Below, piece by piece: positions 1 to 10,512 of a DNA stretch of 64,000 nucleotides. The notes under the pieces were generated by a model. The model was given only the letters and a program-made list of their open reading frames with translations, was not told the origin of the DNA and made no database searches. A program made the translations under genes and the position numbers. The stretch is taken from the NCBI GenBank assembly GCA_030536315.1, contig JAUNQF010000004.1, forward strand, positions 14,244 through 78,243, given 5' to 3'. The DNA comes from Coriobacteriia bacterium (GTDB taxonomy: Bacteria; Actinomycetota; Coriobacteriia; Coriobacteriales; Eggerthellaceae). How positions within the stretch are numbered: position 1 is the stretch's first letter; each line of letters starts with the position of its first letter.

Positions 1-974
1 TCAGGCCTTTCCGCCGCTGGAGTGCCCTGCCTCTTAGAATAAGGGAAAACATGAATCTTCATAAAGCCACACTTTTTGGAAACCTCAATGCTGTCTTTAA
101 AATCAGCATCGCTCTCGCCCGGAAAGCCAACAATAATATCGGTTGAAAGCGCAATGCTTGGGATTTTCTTTTTAAGGCGGTTCACAACTTCCAAATATTC
201 ATCCGCATTATAATGTCGAGCCATTTCTTTTAGCACCTTCGAAGATCCTGACTGAAGTGGCATGTGTAAATGTCTGCAAATTTTCCCGTCCGCGCCTGCA
301 ATAATATCAATGAGATCGTCGCTAACATTATTTGGCTCAATACTTGAAATTCGAATTCGCGCGACTCTGTCTCCTATAATTTCAAGAAGGCTTTTGCACA
401 AATCTTCCAAACCAAAACCATTATCGTTGTAGGCGCCAATGTCCACACCACTTAAAACAACCTCTTTAATGCCAGCATCAAGCATGCATTTAACCTGCTC
501 TTCGACCTGTTCGTGAGGCATGCTTCAAGCACGACCACGCGCAGTGTGAACAATGCAATAAGTGCATGCGTTGTTGCATCCATCTTGAATTTTAAGCGAG
601 GCCCTACTTCTGAATTCGTCTCCAGCTAAAACCCTCAGCGCCTCTGCTTCGGCGTTTTGCATGTCAGCCTTAGGTACAATTTCGATCCGTGAGTCTATTT
701 GCTCATATACTTCTGGATCAATCGCGCTCGCGCAACCCGTTACAATAATTTTTTGCGCATTGCTGTCACGACAAACTTTTCGAACAGTCTGCCTTGTCTT
801 TTTATCTGCAACAGAAGTGACCGTGCAAGTGTTAATAATAACGAAGTCCGCATCTTGGACATCTGCCATCTTCCAGCCTTCGGCGATCATACGCGCGGAA
901 TACGAATCAACCTCTGCACGATTAACCTTACATCCCAAAGATACAACAGCAAATTTTTTCGATTTTTCTAACAT
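1..974 (-). CDS. mtaB: tRNA methylthiotransferase MtaB (radical SAM); 3' end runs off the window
   Basis: N-terminus MLEKSKKFAVVSLGCKVNRAEV (GCKVN as in MtaB) and a CNNACTYC radical-SAM box. The frame continues through the in-frame TGA at 525-527 down to nt 3 (...HVFPYSKRQGTPAAERP). Confidence 0.85.
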
Positions 975-1747
975 GACAAATTAAATTTTATTATTGCCGA
1001 AGCCACAACCCCAGCTGTTTCAGTTCGAAGAATTGAATCCCCGATGCTTACAACATGGCAATTTTTGTTGCAGCGCTCAAGTTGCTTGACTTCGTCACTC
1101 GTGATGCCACCTTCAGGACCAATTACAATTGCGATGTTTTGCTCTTCTTCCTTAACTTTTAGTTCATTGCAAACTTCAACAATTTTTTGCATGCTTTCAG
1201 CTTCTTCTCAACAAACAAACACACAATCAAAATCGCTTAGTTGATCACACAAAGTAGAAACATTTACCGAAGGACTAATTTTTGGAATTGCGAATTGCCC
1301 ACTTTGCATCGCGGCGCTCTTAGCAATTTTTTGCCAACGCTCATTTTTAGTTGCTTCCTTCTTCGCGTCAATCTTAGATACGCTTCTTGCAAAGTCAACA
1401 GGAATAAATCCATAAACGCCAATCTCTGTGCACGCGCGAATAACGTCATCCAGTTTGTTTCCCTTCGAAATGCCTGCACAAAGCCACAAACGGCAATTAC
1501 TAAAAGGAGCGTTTGTCTTCTTCGTTGAATTCTTGACAATTAAATCACTTGAAAAATCAAGGATCTCAACTTCAAAGAATTTTTGTTTTGTGTCAATAAT
1601 GCCGATGTGCTCTCCCGGCTTCAAACGAAGCACCTTGGCGTGGTGCAAGTCATCACCGCTTAAACTAAGCGTAACACTACCATCAGCCGAAGCCTCGACT
1701 TCGGAGCCAAAATCTTGATTCTCTAAAAAGAAATGCTGTAGCGACAT
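968..1747 (-). CDS. rsmE: 16S rRNA (uracil1498-N3)-methyltransferase RsmE
   Basis: Track ORFs 1208..1810 and 968..1192 are in the same frame, joined by TGA at 1208-1210 (VFVC-W-EEAE). Contains the PEGG motif (VIGPEGGITSDE). The MSLQHFF start at 1747 abuts the upstream TAA. Stop is TAG at 968. Confidence 0.8.
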
Positions 1748-1748
1748 T

Positions 1749-2663
1749 TTACGGAGTGTTGTTGTTTGGATGAGTTTGCGAATAAACACCGGCTTCAAGC
1801 TCGCCCGCATCTGCTTGATTAGCAGCTCCAGCGGTCATTTGAACCTTATCAAGATCAAGTGTCTTGCCAAGCCAGCGCTTTTCAATAGTTTCTAAAACTC
1901 CATTTTTTGACAAATTGCCAAGGATTGCCGAAACCTTATTAGTAAGATTTGTTTTAGTCTTATCAGCACCAATACAATATCCGCTTACCTTAGACAAAAG
2001 AGCAATTAGGTAGGCATCGTTATCAGAATTATTTACGCTGTAAGTTCCAATTACCGCATCGGCAGCAACATATTTGACCTCGCCTTTTTCAAGCATTTCA
2101 AACGACTCAGACAAAGTTCCGTTAAGTTTAATGTTTGCTGCGCTAAATTGTGACTGGCAAGCAATGGCACTTTGGGATGCCATTTCAGTAGCGAACTTAT
2201 CAGCTCCTCCAGCTACGGGAATGGATGCCTTTTCATCCTTTGCGAACAGGGCGCATGCGGTCTTGATGTAAACGTCCGATCTTCACATTTCTTCGACGTT
2301 AACAGCCTTCGAAACTCCCATTACAATGTCGCATTTTTTGTTAGACAAAGCTAAGTCTGACGAAGTCCCAACATCCACGAATTCAACTTCAAGCCCAAGT
2401 TCTTGAGCAATAGCCGAAGCAACATCAATGTCGATTCCAGCAGCTTTTGAAGTCTCTCCCGCAAAAGGAGGGTTACCGAAGTCAACGCCAACCTTCAACT
2501 TTCCATTTTCCAAAATATCTGGAGTCTTTAGCTGTGGGTCTTTAAGTTGAGGATCATAATTACTTGGTGCGCAACCTGCAACGGCAACACACAAAAGAAC
2601 AGCCACTGCGGCTGCAATTAATGAAACAATTAATTTATTTGAAAAACTACATTTATTTACCAT
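1749..2663 (-). CDS. Family-3 amino-acid ABC substrate-binding lipoprotein
   Basis: ORFs 2283..2663 and 1749..2183 share a frame, joined by TGA at 2283. Signal peptide with lipobox VAGC, then SBP_bac_3-like KLKVGVDFGNPPFAG. GGAGGAG RBS. Stop is TAA. Confidence 0.8.
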
Positions 2664-2959
2664 GTCTCCTCCAAACTAATATAGCTTCTTTTGCTGACCT
2701 AGTCTTTGCCCCCACACTCGCGCATTGGAACATTCGGATTATTCCTTACTGCCCTCTCGCCCTGGCCAAGCCTTAAAAGCGATGCGACTTACAACCTAGA
2801 ACGCGCCATGATAAGCTTTCGCCTTACGTGGGTCCTTTTGGCCGCGTCTGCCCTGGACTTGAAAAGAAAACTTTTCTCAACTACAGTCCAAAAGAAGCGT
2901 GAACTATTTTATCAAAAGGCTATAACTTCAAACTCTAAAATTTCAAAAAATCAAAATAA

Positions 2960-2990
2960 TTGCACGAAAACGAGCACTTTTTGTTATAGT
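2960..2990 (+). promoter_or_regulatory. Candidate rpsT promoter (TTGCAC ... extended -10 TGtTATAGT)
   Basis: TTGCAC at 2960-2965 and TG-n-TATAGT at 2982-2990, about 40 nt upstream of the AGGAGG RBS and ATG at 3033. Consensus match only. Confidence 0.35.
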
Positions 2991-3032
2991 ATGTGCTTGC
3001 GCATTTAGCGAATTTAACTTTTAGGAGGAAAA

Positions 3033-3788
3033 ATGGCAAACATTAAAAGTCAAAAAAAGCGCATTAAAACTAACGAAAAGGCACACGTCCGCAACGTTGC
3101 GATTAAGACTGAGCTCAAAACAGCTACTCGCAAGGTAAAGGACGCTGTAGATGCTAAAAAAGCTGCTGACGCTTATAAATTTGCGTTGGAAGTTTGCACT
3201 CTTTTAGACAGAGCATGTGCAAAAGGTGTCATTCACAAAAACCAAGCTGCTAACAGAAAAAGCGGCATTATGGCACTTGCAAACTCTATCGTAACTGACA
3301 AAGAGCGCAAGGAATACAAGCCTGAGCCAAAGCGCGCCCCTGAAAAGAAAGGTGGCACAAAGAAGGCTAAGGCTAAGGAAGAGCGCAAGGCTGCAATGAA
3401 GAAAGAATCCGAAGAAAAAGCCAAGCGTCGCGAAGCTACTCTAAAGCTTGAAAAGGCTGCTGCAAAGCGTAAGCCTAAAGAAGAGCCTCCAGCCGAGGAT
3501 GCCGCCGAAGCTCCAGCCGATGCTCCAGCACCTGCCGAAGGCGAAGCTGCTCCTGCCCCAGAAGCTGCTCCAGCAGAGGAAGCTCCAAAGGCTGAAGAAG
3601 CTCCTAAAGAAGAGGCTCCTAAGGAAGAACCTAAAGCAGAAGAAAAACCAGCAGAAGAACCTAAAGAAGAAAAGAAAGAAGAAGCACCAAAAGAGGAAGC
3701 TAAGGAAGAACCTAAGGAAGAAGAAAAACCTGCTGAAGAGAAAAAGGAAGACGCTCCTAAAGAAGAGGAGAAAAAAGAAGATAAATAA
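3033..3788 (+). CDS. rpsT: 30S ribosomal protein S20 with a ~165-aa K/E/P/A-rich C-terminal extension
   Basis: [21 protein letters not shown]... is canonical S20 for about the first 87 aa. It then continues as [22 protein letters not shown]...[49 protein letters not shown]... to TAA. Confidence 0.9.
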   Translation: MANIKSQKKRIKTNEKAHVRNVAIKTELKTATRKVKDAVDAKKAADAYKFALEVCTLLDRACAKGVIHKNQAANRKSGIMALANSIVTDKERKEYKPEPKRAPEKKGGTKKAKAKEERKAAMKKESEEKAKRREATLKLEKAAAKRKPKEEPPAEDAAEAPADAPAPAEGEAAPAPEAAPAEEAPKAEEAPKEEAPKEEPKAEEKPAEEPKEEKKEEAPKEEAKEEPKEEEKPAEEKKEDAPKEEEKKEDK

Positions 3789-3804
3789 TCTTCATATAAA
3801 TACT

Positions 3805-3838
3805 AAAAAAAGGACGCCACTTGGCGTCCTTTTTTTTA
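3805..3838. terminator. Bidirectional rho-independent terminator between rpsT and glgA
   Basis: AAAAAA-AGGACGCC-ACTT-GGCGTCCT-TTTTTTT. Stem 3811-3818/3823-3830, with an A-run on one side and a T-run on the other. Confidence 0.8.
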
Positions 3839-5485
3839 TCAATCTTCATCAGTTGTTTGGGTGATATCTACAAATTCGTAGTTGGATGCTTCTTCGGCAA
3901 CTTTTTGAGCCATCTTAATGCTGGCTTTCGCATTCTTCTTGGCTTGAGCTGCCTGCTCTTTAGCCTTTTCAGCTGCACGCTTGGCTTGCTCGGCTTCGAA
4001 GATCTCATCAACTTTGGTAATCTTTCCATCAAGAAGCGCCCGATAAAGCACGCTATATTTACGGCCAGATTCTTTCCAGCTGAAGTCTTCCTCCATGCCG
4101 CGACGCTGCATGCGAGCCCAATTTTTCTTGTCGTTATTCCAAACATCAAAGACAACATCAAGCGCTGCATTAAATTCCTTCAAGTTGTAATTCTTAAAAA
4201 CAAAGCCATTCGAAATTAGACTCTTGGCTTTATAATCGTGAACGGTGTCGCGAAGGCCGCCAGTGCTTCGGACCAGTGGAAGCGTGCCATAATGCATCGC
4301 CATCATTTGCGCAATTCCACAAGGCTCAAATTTCGAAGGCATCAAAAGCACATCGGCACCTGCATAAACATTGTGCGGAAGCTGAGGATCAAACTTCAAG
4401 TGCATTCCAACTCTGCCTTTAAATTTCTTTTTATAATCACGAATCTTTTTCTTGTATGCATCATCGCCATCGCCAAGAAAAACAATCTGCCCGCCCTTAT
4501 TCATAATTTTTGGAACACCTTTAATAATAAGGTCAATCCCCTTTTGCTCATAAAAGCGGCAAGCTACACAAAATAGTGGAGCATCAACATCAACATCAAG
4601 CTTAAACTTCTTTTGCAAGTCAATCTTGTTGCCAAGGCGCCTGTTCATCAACTCCTTAGTAAAGTGAACACGAATATTAGTATCCCAAGCAGGGTTAAAG
4701 TCAACAGTGTCAATACCGTTCAGGATGCCCTGGGTCACATCTTTTTTCGTCCGAAGAACATTTTCAAGCCCAACGCCATATTCGCCAGTCATAATTTCCT
4801 TCGCGTAAGAAGGGCTTGGAGTGGTAACACAGTCGCTGGAAACAATTCCGCACTTCATAAGATTAACCTTGCCCTTGTGCATGACCTTCGCAACGGCGCT
4901 TCGGTTCTTCAAATTCAAAACATCTTTAACCTGTTCATATTTAAACTTGCCTTGATATTGCAAATTGTGAATTGTAAAAACGGTTTTAATCTTCAAAGCG
5001 CCAAGAGCATCTTCAAATTCCTCGTGCAAAAATAAATTAGTAAGCGCGGTATGCCAATCATTGCAATGCAAAACCTGGGGCTTAAAACCCTTCATGTGTT
5101 TAATGCTCTCCAAAATTGCGCGGCTAAAAAATGCGAAGCGCTCGATATCGTCCTTTTCACCATATGCACTTTTACGATTAAAGTAATGATCATTCTTAAT
5201 AAGATAATAAGTAACACCGCGAAGCTTAACGAAGTAAAGGCCAAACTCCCTCTCTTCGCCAGCCGAAAAAACGCTGTAATCGCCAATGTGTTTAAAGAGC
5301 ATTTGATGCTGCTTTGAGATCATGCTGAGGTAAGGAATAATTACTCGGCAATCGCAATTGTGAACATTTATCGAAGCAGGAAGCGTGCCAGCAACATCGC
5401 CAAGGCCTCCAAGCTTAATAAACGGAACGGCTTCAAACGCGGAATATAAAACTTTTACTTTTTTATTTGAACTCTTGCTTGCCAT
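3836..5485 (-). CDS. glgA: Glycogen synthase (GT5) with a charged C-terminal tail
   Basis: VLYSAFEAVPFIKLGGLGDVAGTLP motif. The track ORF ends on TGA at 3839; the frame gives one more codon (W) and then TAA at 3836. Confidence 0.9.
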
Positions 5486-5495
5486 GTCTTCGCCC

Positions 5496-6035
5496 CTAAT
5501 ATTGTATTATTCCAGCCTTTAGCAGGTCGTCTCGGACCTCACGAACAACAGCGCTTAGCGGTTTATTATTTGTGTTAACCGCAACATCGCTATATTGTTC
5601 ATAAATCTCATTTCGACGAGCAATTAAATTTTCAGCATTTTCAATATCTTTAAACATCGGCCGAGTCGAAAAATCTTCGATTCTCCTTGCCGAATTTTTA
5701 GCATCAACCTTCAACCACACACAATAACATTGCTTCAAAATGCCTCGAGAAACAGCAGATTCAATAATGCCGCCGCCAGTTGCAATGATAAGTTTTTGCT
5801 CTTCAACAAGCTCGCCCAAAACTTTTGCTTCAACACGGCGAAACTCTTCTTCGCCTTGATTGTTGATGATTTCTGAAACAGTCTGACGCGTCGCTTGAAC
5901 AACAGCACTATCGGTATCAACCGCCTTAATGCCAGTGTGTTCCTCCAAAAGCTTTGCAACACTGGTCTTTCCAGCCCCCATAAATCCAATTAATGCAACA
6001 GGCTTTCTAATTAAATATCTTTGACTTCCCCACAT
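5496..6035 (-). CDS. aroK: Shikimate kinase
   Basis: P-loop GFMGAGKTSVAKLL, 179 aa, TAG stop, directly downstream of aroC. Confidence 0.85.
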   Translation of the reverse strand: MWGSQRYLIRKPVALIGFMGAGKTSVAKLLEEHTGIKAVDTDSAVVQATRQTVSEIINNQGEEEFRRVEAKVLGELVEEQKLIIATGGGIIESAVSRGILKQCYCVWLKVDAKNSARRIEDFSTRPMFKDIENAENLIARRNEIYEQYSDVAVNTNNKPLSAVVREVRDDLLKAGIIQY

Positions 6036-6041
6036 ATAAAC

Positions 6042-7172
6042 CTACTTCATCTCTTTAATTCTATGCTTATAAGCATCAACGGCAAATTTAATATCACTAA
6101 GCGAATCTCGCCCAAACTTATCCATAAACTCATTGGCGAGGCAAAGCGCAAGCTCGCTTTCGCAAACAACAGCAACATTTGGAACAACGCAAACATCACT
6201 TCGCTTATCACTTGCCGCGCTAACACCATCCATAGTTTCAAGATCAATAGTCTTAACATGCTTTTTTATAGTCGGGCAAGGACGAACCTTCGCGCTCACA
6301 ACAAGAGGCATTCCGTTTGTCATGCCACCTTCAAGCCCGCCGGCAAAATTTGTTTCGCGAACAAAGCCACCGCTCGCATCCTTAACAATGTTATCAAGTC
6401 CAACGCTTCCAACATTTTCACTAACATAAGCCGCGCTTCCGAATTCAATTTCTTTTACCGAAGGCACCGAAGCCACAGCCGCCGCAATCTTGCTGTCGAG
6501 CCTACTGTAGCCTTGCGAATAACCACCAAGACCAGGAACTAAACCAACAGCTACAAGTCTAATGCTGCCACCAAGGCTCTCCCCGGCTTCGCGAGCACGA
6601 TCAATTTGCTTAATAATTTTCTCGCTCGCCTTAGCATCCGGACACATAACCTCGCTCATCGCAATACTACTCATATCTGGCAAGGTCCCTGGCATATTTG
6701 TTTCATCAAGCTTAATCTTAACAGCACCAATCGAAGTAACGAAGCCATAGACCTCAACTTCAAATTCAGCCAACATATTTTTAGCGATTACTCCAGCAAC
6801 AATTCGCGCAGCAGTTTCACGAGCACTTGCACGCTCGGCAACATTTTCGCAATCATCCAAATTATATTTTATGACGCCATTTAAATCTGCATGTCCTGGG
6901 CGAACAATATTGTTGTTAGATTCTGGATTATCATTAGAATTTGGGATTTCAACGCAAACCGGATTGCCCGTTGTCTTCCCATCATTAACGCCAGAAACAA
7001 TTTTGCAAGTGTTCGACTCACTGTCTTGACGGATAGATCTTCCAGGACCGCTGCTTCGGCGTTTTAGTTCAAAATTAATCTCTTTTTCAGACAAAGCAAT
7101 ACCACAAGGGACATCGTCAATAACGATGACAAGCTTTTCTCCATGGCTTTCTCCTGCTGTTAGGTATTGCAT
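6042..7172 (-). CDS. aroC: Chorismate synthase
   Basis: MQYLTAGESHGEKLV N-terminus, 376 aa, GGAG RBS. Confidence 0.9.
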   Translation of the reverse strand: MQYLTAGESHGEKLVIVIDDVPCGIALSEKEINFELKRRSSGPGRSIRQDSESNTCKIVSGVNDGKTTGNPVCVEIPNSNDNPESNNNIVRPGHADLNGVIKYNLDDCENVAERASARETAARIVAGVIAKNMLAEFEVEVYGFVTSIGAVKIKLDETNMPGTLPDMSSIAMSEVMCPDAKASEKIIKQIDRAREAGESLGGSIRLVAVGLVPGLGGYSQGYSRLDSKIAAAVASVPSVKEIEFGSAAYVSENVGSVGLDNIVKDASGGFVRETNFAGGLEGGMTNGMPLVVSAKVRPCPTIKKHVKTIDLETMDGVSAASDKRSDVCVVPNVAVVCESELALCLANEFMDKFGRDSLSDIKFAVDAYKHRIKEMK

Positions 7173-7199
7173 AATTTCTCCATCAAAAGCTTCTAAAAG

Positions 7200-7409
7200 T
7201 TATCTCCATTTTGCAGTTTTTTCTTCAATAGAGCTTGGAGTCTTTGCAACTGCAGAAAACAACTTCTTTTTTTCGGAAACTTTTTTTCGAGCATTAACAT
7301 TTTCAATAATGCTTAAAAGCAAAAGCGCAAATAAACAAGATGCCGCGCCTTTAACCGCTGTTCCGAGCAGCATAAGAAAGAGGTTATTTTTGATTCTTCG
7401 ATTTTTCAA
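7200..7409 (-). CDS. Possible small single-TM membrane protein (69 aa, TTG start)
   Basis: AGGAAG RBS 5 nt upstream of the TTG. Hydrophobic core LFLMLLGTAVKGAASCLFALLLLSII. Overlaps the 3' end of the HAD gene by 26 nt. No recognisable family. Confidence 0.3.
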   Translation of the reverse strand: MKNRRIKNNLFLMLLGTAVKGAASCLFALLLLSIIENVNARKKVSEKKKLFSAVAKTPSSIEEKTAKWR

Positions 7410-7923
7410 CTTTACTTCCTGCCTTTCGGTTTTCGGGTTTAATATTCCTTAAAAATATTTTTTCAATCTTTCGAAGCATCAATGTGTGAATTAAGTCTTT
7501 TTCTACCAATGGCTCAACCAAAATACACTTGAGTCCAACCACATGAGCCCCAAAAACATCAGTCATAAGCTGGTCTCCTATCATAATGCAATTTTGCTTA
7601 TTTGCACCAATTTTCTTTCTTGCACGATAGAAAGCACCAGGCAGGGGCTTTAGAGACTTCACCACAATTGGCAATTTTATCTCGTTTGCAAGCTCAACAA
7701 CATTTTTATGTCAATCATTAGAAATTAGACAAAACTTAAGGCCGGCTTTCCTCGCCTTCGCCAGCCATTTTTTAACATCATCGGGAACAACAGACTCATC
7801 ACGAGTCAAAATTGTATTGTCCACATCTAAAAGCACGAATTTATATCCAGCATTTAAAAGATCCTTTTGGATATCAATGTCGCTTATCCTTTTTAGGTAT
7901 CTGTCTGGGAGTGTGAAACTCAA
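7384..7923 (-). CDS. YqeG-family HAD-IIIA phosphatase
   Basis: ORFs 7711..7923 and 7384..7674 are in frame, joined by TGA at 7711. Motifs LLDVDNTIL (DxD) and IMIGDQLMTDV. Confidence 0.8.
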
Positions 7924-8979
7924 CTAAACTAACCCTAAATCAATGATGGCCTGCTGATGCTCTTCGAAGGTCACGCTAAACCTGTATTGGAGCTCGCCGT
8001 TATCATCCGTCTTAAATACGAAGTAAAGATAATTTGTCTCTTCTGGGAAACAAACCGCACGGAGAGCTTCAATCCCCGGAGAACATATTGGGGTCGGAGG
8101 CAAACCATAATTTGTATAAGTGCTATAAGGGCTTTGCGAATGGAGCTCTTCTGGTGTTGGATCATGCCCCACTTCATAGGCTGTTGTAGCATCGGAATTG
8201 ATATGCATGCCGCTACCAAGGCGGTTATAAAATACGCTTGCAACTTTGCCTTGAACACCTTGAGCAGACTCTTTTTCAACAATGGAAGCCAAAGTTACCG
8301 CTTCTCACAAAGTCAAATTTTTAGATTTTGGATAATCTACATTTAAGTCTTTTGTTTCCTCTTTGAACTGATCAAGCATTTTTCTAATTATGTCGCCCGC
8401 TGAATCTGTGCTGCTAACAGCATATGTTTTTGGATACAAAAAACCTTCTAACGAATGGTTTCCAACATCGCTTAAAAATTCATAGTCCGAAGCATAAACG
8501 CTTGCGTCACTTGCCGCGTTTATGAAATCTTGAGCTTTAATTCGAGATTTGGTTGCGTCTTGAACGGCCTCGGCAATTTTGGAAAGCCGCATTCCTTCGT
8601 GAACGATAATTTTTGGCGCATACTTATCAGGACCTTCGCATAAAATTTCAACATATTCGCGAACAGTTTTGCCGCCCTCAAATATATATGTTCCAGCCTG
8701 AAGCGAAGCCTCAGCGCCCATTTCTGTAACAGTTGCCGTAAAAACTGCAGGGTTTTCAACAACACCAGCCTTAGACATTTTATCAGCAATCGTTCAAGTC
8801 GAAGAACCCTCTTCAATCGTGACTTCAGCTGTTTGTCCTGCTGGAAGTGTTTTAGAACATCCGGGAATAGCAAAAAAGATAATTGCGATTATTGCCAGTA
8901 TAACTGCGCTTATTATTAAGATAAAAAATAACGGTTTTTTTCTTTCTTTGTGCATTTTTATCATCATATATTTTAACAT
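7924..8979 (-). CDS. mltG: Endolytic murein transglycosylase MltG (YceG-like)
   Basis: Three in-frame ORFs joined by TGA at 8794 and 8305. N-terminal TM helix, then the YceG core ...LASIVEKESAQ...YNRL...YSTYTNYGLPPTPICSPG. The start (8979, 8964 or 8955) is uncertain. Confidence 0.85.
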
Positions 8980-9061
8980 ATTTTATTTAAATTTAGTTTT
9001 GTTTAATAATCTTTACTGGGCCTTCTGCGCCAGTTTAGCGTTTCTGAGTATGATATAGAAC

Positions 9062-9775
9062 GTGAGCAAAAATGAAAAAATATCGATCGTCAAAGACGCA
9101 GTTGCCGAAACTCTATGACCAACCCGATGCGCAATTTGCGATAGGCCAGGCTATTTACTTTGTCCAAGTTGCTCAAGAAAACTTCCCTACATTGACCAAT
9201 CAAAAACATGTCAAATTTGCGGCGAGCCTTTTGGTAGCGTTCAATGTTGTGGATGCAATGGCAGCGCTTCGTTTGATAAGTGCAACAGCGCTTTCTTCCT
9301 TAATCAAGACACTGGAAAACTAATCACAACATATAAAGATTCAGGAGAACGAAGACTTTCCAAAGTTATAGCATATTTCTTGAGCAAAATAATTAATCCA
9401 GGCTGGATTTCTCCGTCAACTTTTTTAACCTACATCCCCTCCACCAAAGACGCAGTACTCAGAAGAGGTTTTGACCACGCAAAATTAACCGCCGAAGAAC
9501 TAGCCTCGCTTTTAAATGTTAAGCTTATATGCGCCTTTGCTCCTCCTTCAAACGAAGACCAAAGAAATCTTGGAAGAAACCAGCGACTTTTAAACATAAG
9601 CAACAAGTTTATGGTGACAAAAGATTTAAAAACAACTCTGGAATCTGGATTTAGAAGCGCAATTTTAATTGACGATGTGTTTACAACCGGCGCAACTTTG
9701 TATTCGGCTTCGCAAGTTTTAAAAGATGCAGGCGCTTCACACGTTTTTTGTGCAAATTTTTCACGAACTTTCTAA
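9062..9775 (+). CDS. comFC: ComF-family phosphoribosyltransferase (ComFC-like)
   Basis: The real frame is that of ORF 9380..9775, extended upstream through TGA at 9116: VSKNEKISIVKDAVAETL-W-PTRCAICDRPGYLLCPSCSRKL...CQICGEPF (zinc finger) and a PRT motif ILIDDVFTTGATL. GTG start is assumed. Confidence 0.75.
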
Positions 9776-9854
9776 AATTTATGGTTTGTTGTTTAAATAA
9801 TTTTATATAATACGAAGTCCACGCTAAAAGAAGTTCAAATGCAATATAAAGCTT

Positions 9855-9930
9855 GGGGCATTAGCTCAGCTGGGAGAGCGCATGGCTGGCAGCCATGAGG
9901 TCAGGGGTTCGATCCCCCTATGCTCCACCA
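9855..9930 (+). tRNA. tRNA-Ala (anticodon GGC), CCA encoded
   Basis: GGGGCAT acceptor with the G3:U70 identity pair, anticodon loop CTGGCAG, T-loop TTCGATC, 76 nt. Confidence 0.9.
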
Positions 9931-9951
9931 TTGATAACTTGGAGGTTAATA

Positions 9952-10512
9952 ATGTATTATCTTAGAGAAACGCTTGTAAACTTAGCTAAGGACGGCATTA
10001 AATATGCTGCTAAGTTCGCCAAAGATCAATATCCTAAAATCCTTTCGCATAAAGATAAGTTTGAAAAGAAAGTTAGCGATGCCGCAGAAGATGCAGTCCC
10101 TGCAGTTGAGAAAGCCCAAAATACTTTTTCAAAATTTGTAATGGACAAATATTCTGAGGCTGTTAATTTAACTAAAAAAGCAGAAGAAGAAAAGAAAAAG
10201 AACAAGATGAGGGCAATTCGCCACGGAATTATCGCTACAACAATTGGTTTTGGCGCAGGCGCTGCAACCGGTTATCTATTGGTAAAGAAATCTCAAATTA
10301 AAGAAAGCGATTATGTATTTAGCGACGAAGAAATTTCTGAGGATGTAACTGATCCAAAAATGACTGCTATCCCTGGAGGTAAGGTAGTTGAGGAAGAACC
10401 TCAGCCTGAATCTCCGTTTGAAAAAATTGCTCAACAAGAACAAAAAACCTACCAAGCATTTAATGATACATACCAAATCTCTACAGACGGAACAACTTTA
10501 ATTAAAAGATAA
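9952..10512 (+). CDS. Hypothetical single-TM protein
   Basis: GGAGG RBS and ATG at 9952. The track ORF start at 9895 lies inside the tRNA. One TM helix (IIATTIGFGAGAATGYLLV). No family recognised. Confidence 0.6.
   Translation: MYYLRETLVNLAKDGIKYAAKFAKDQYPKILSHKDKFEKKVSDAAEDAVPAVEKAQNTFSKFVMDKYSEAVNLTKKAEEEKKKNKMRAIRHGIIATTIGFGAGAATGYLLVKKSQIKESDYVFSDEEISEDVTDPKMTAIPGGKVVEEEPQPESPFEKIAQQEQKTYQAFNDTYQISTDGTTLIKR

Noticed and set aside
2690-2880. RNase P RNA, SRP RNA, 6S RNA or tmRNA.
   Set aside because: There is a partial AAGTCCAGGGCAGA resemblance to RNase P CR-I, but the block is far too short and lacks the other conserved regions. There is no SRP GGAA/AGCA domain-IV motif, no end-to-end 6S helix and no tRNA-like tmRNA ends.
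3448-3864. Long antisense or alternate-frame ORFs (for example 3448..3864 +, 661..984 +, 57040..57768 +, 32138..32671 -).
   Set aside because: They are shadow ORFs inside well-supported genes (rpsT tail, mtaB, glyA, purL). Their products are low complexity or rich in Leu, Ser and Arg.
9072-9323. Track ORF 9072..9323 (+, 83 aa) as a gene.
   Set aside because: It is an alternative frame over the N-terminal zinc-finger region of comFC. The comFC frame gives the conserved CxxC...CxxC motif and joins ORF 9380..9775 through a TGA.
9895-9951. The 5' part of track ORF 9895..10512.
   Set aside because: It starts inside tRNA-Ala. An RBS plus ATG at 9952 is the credible start.
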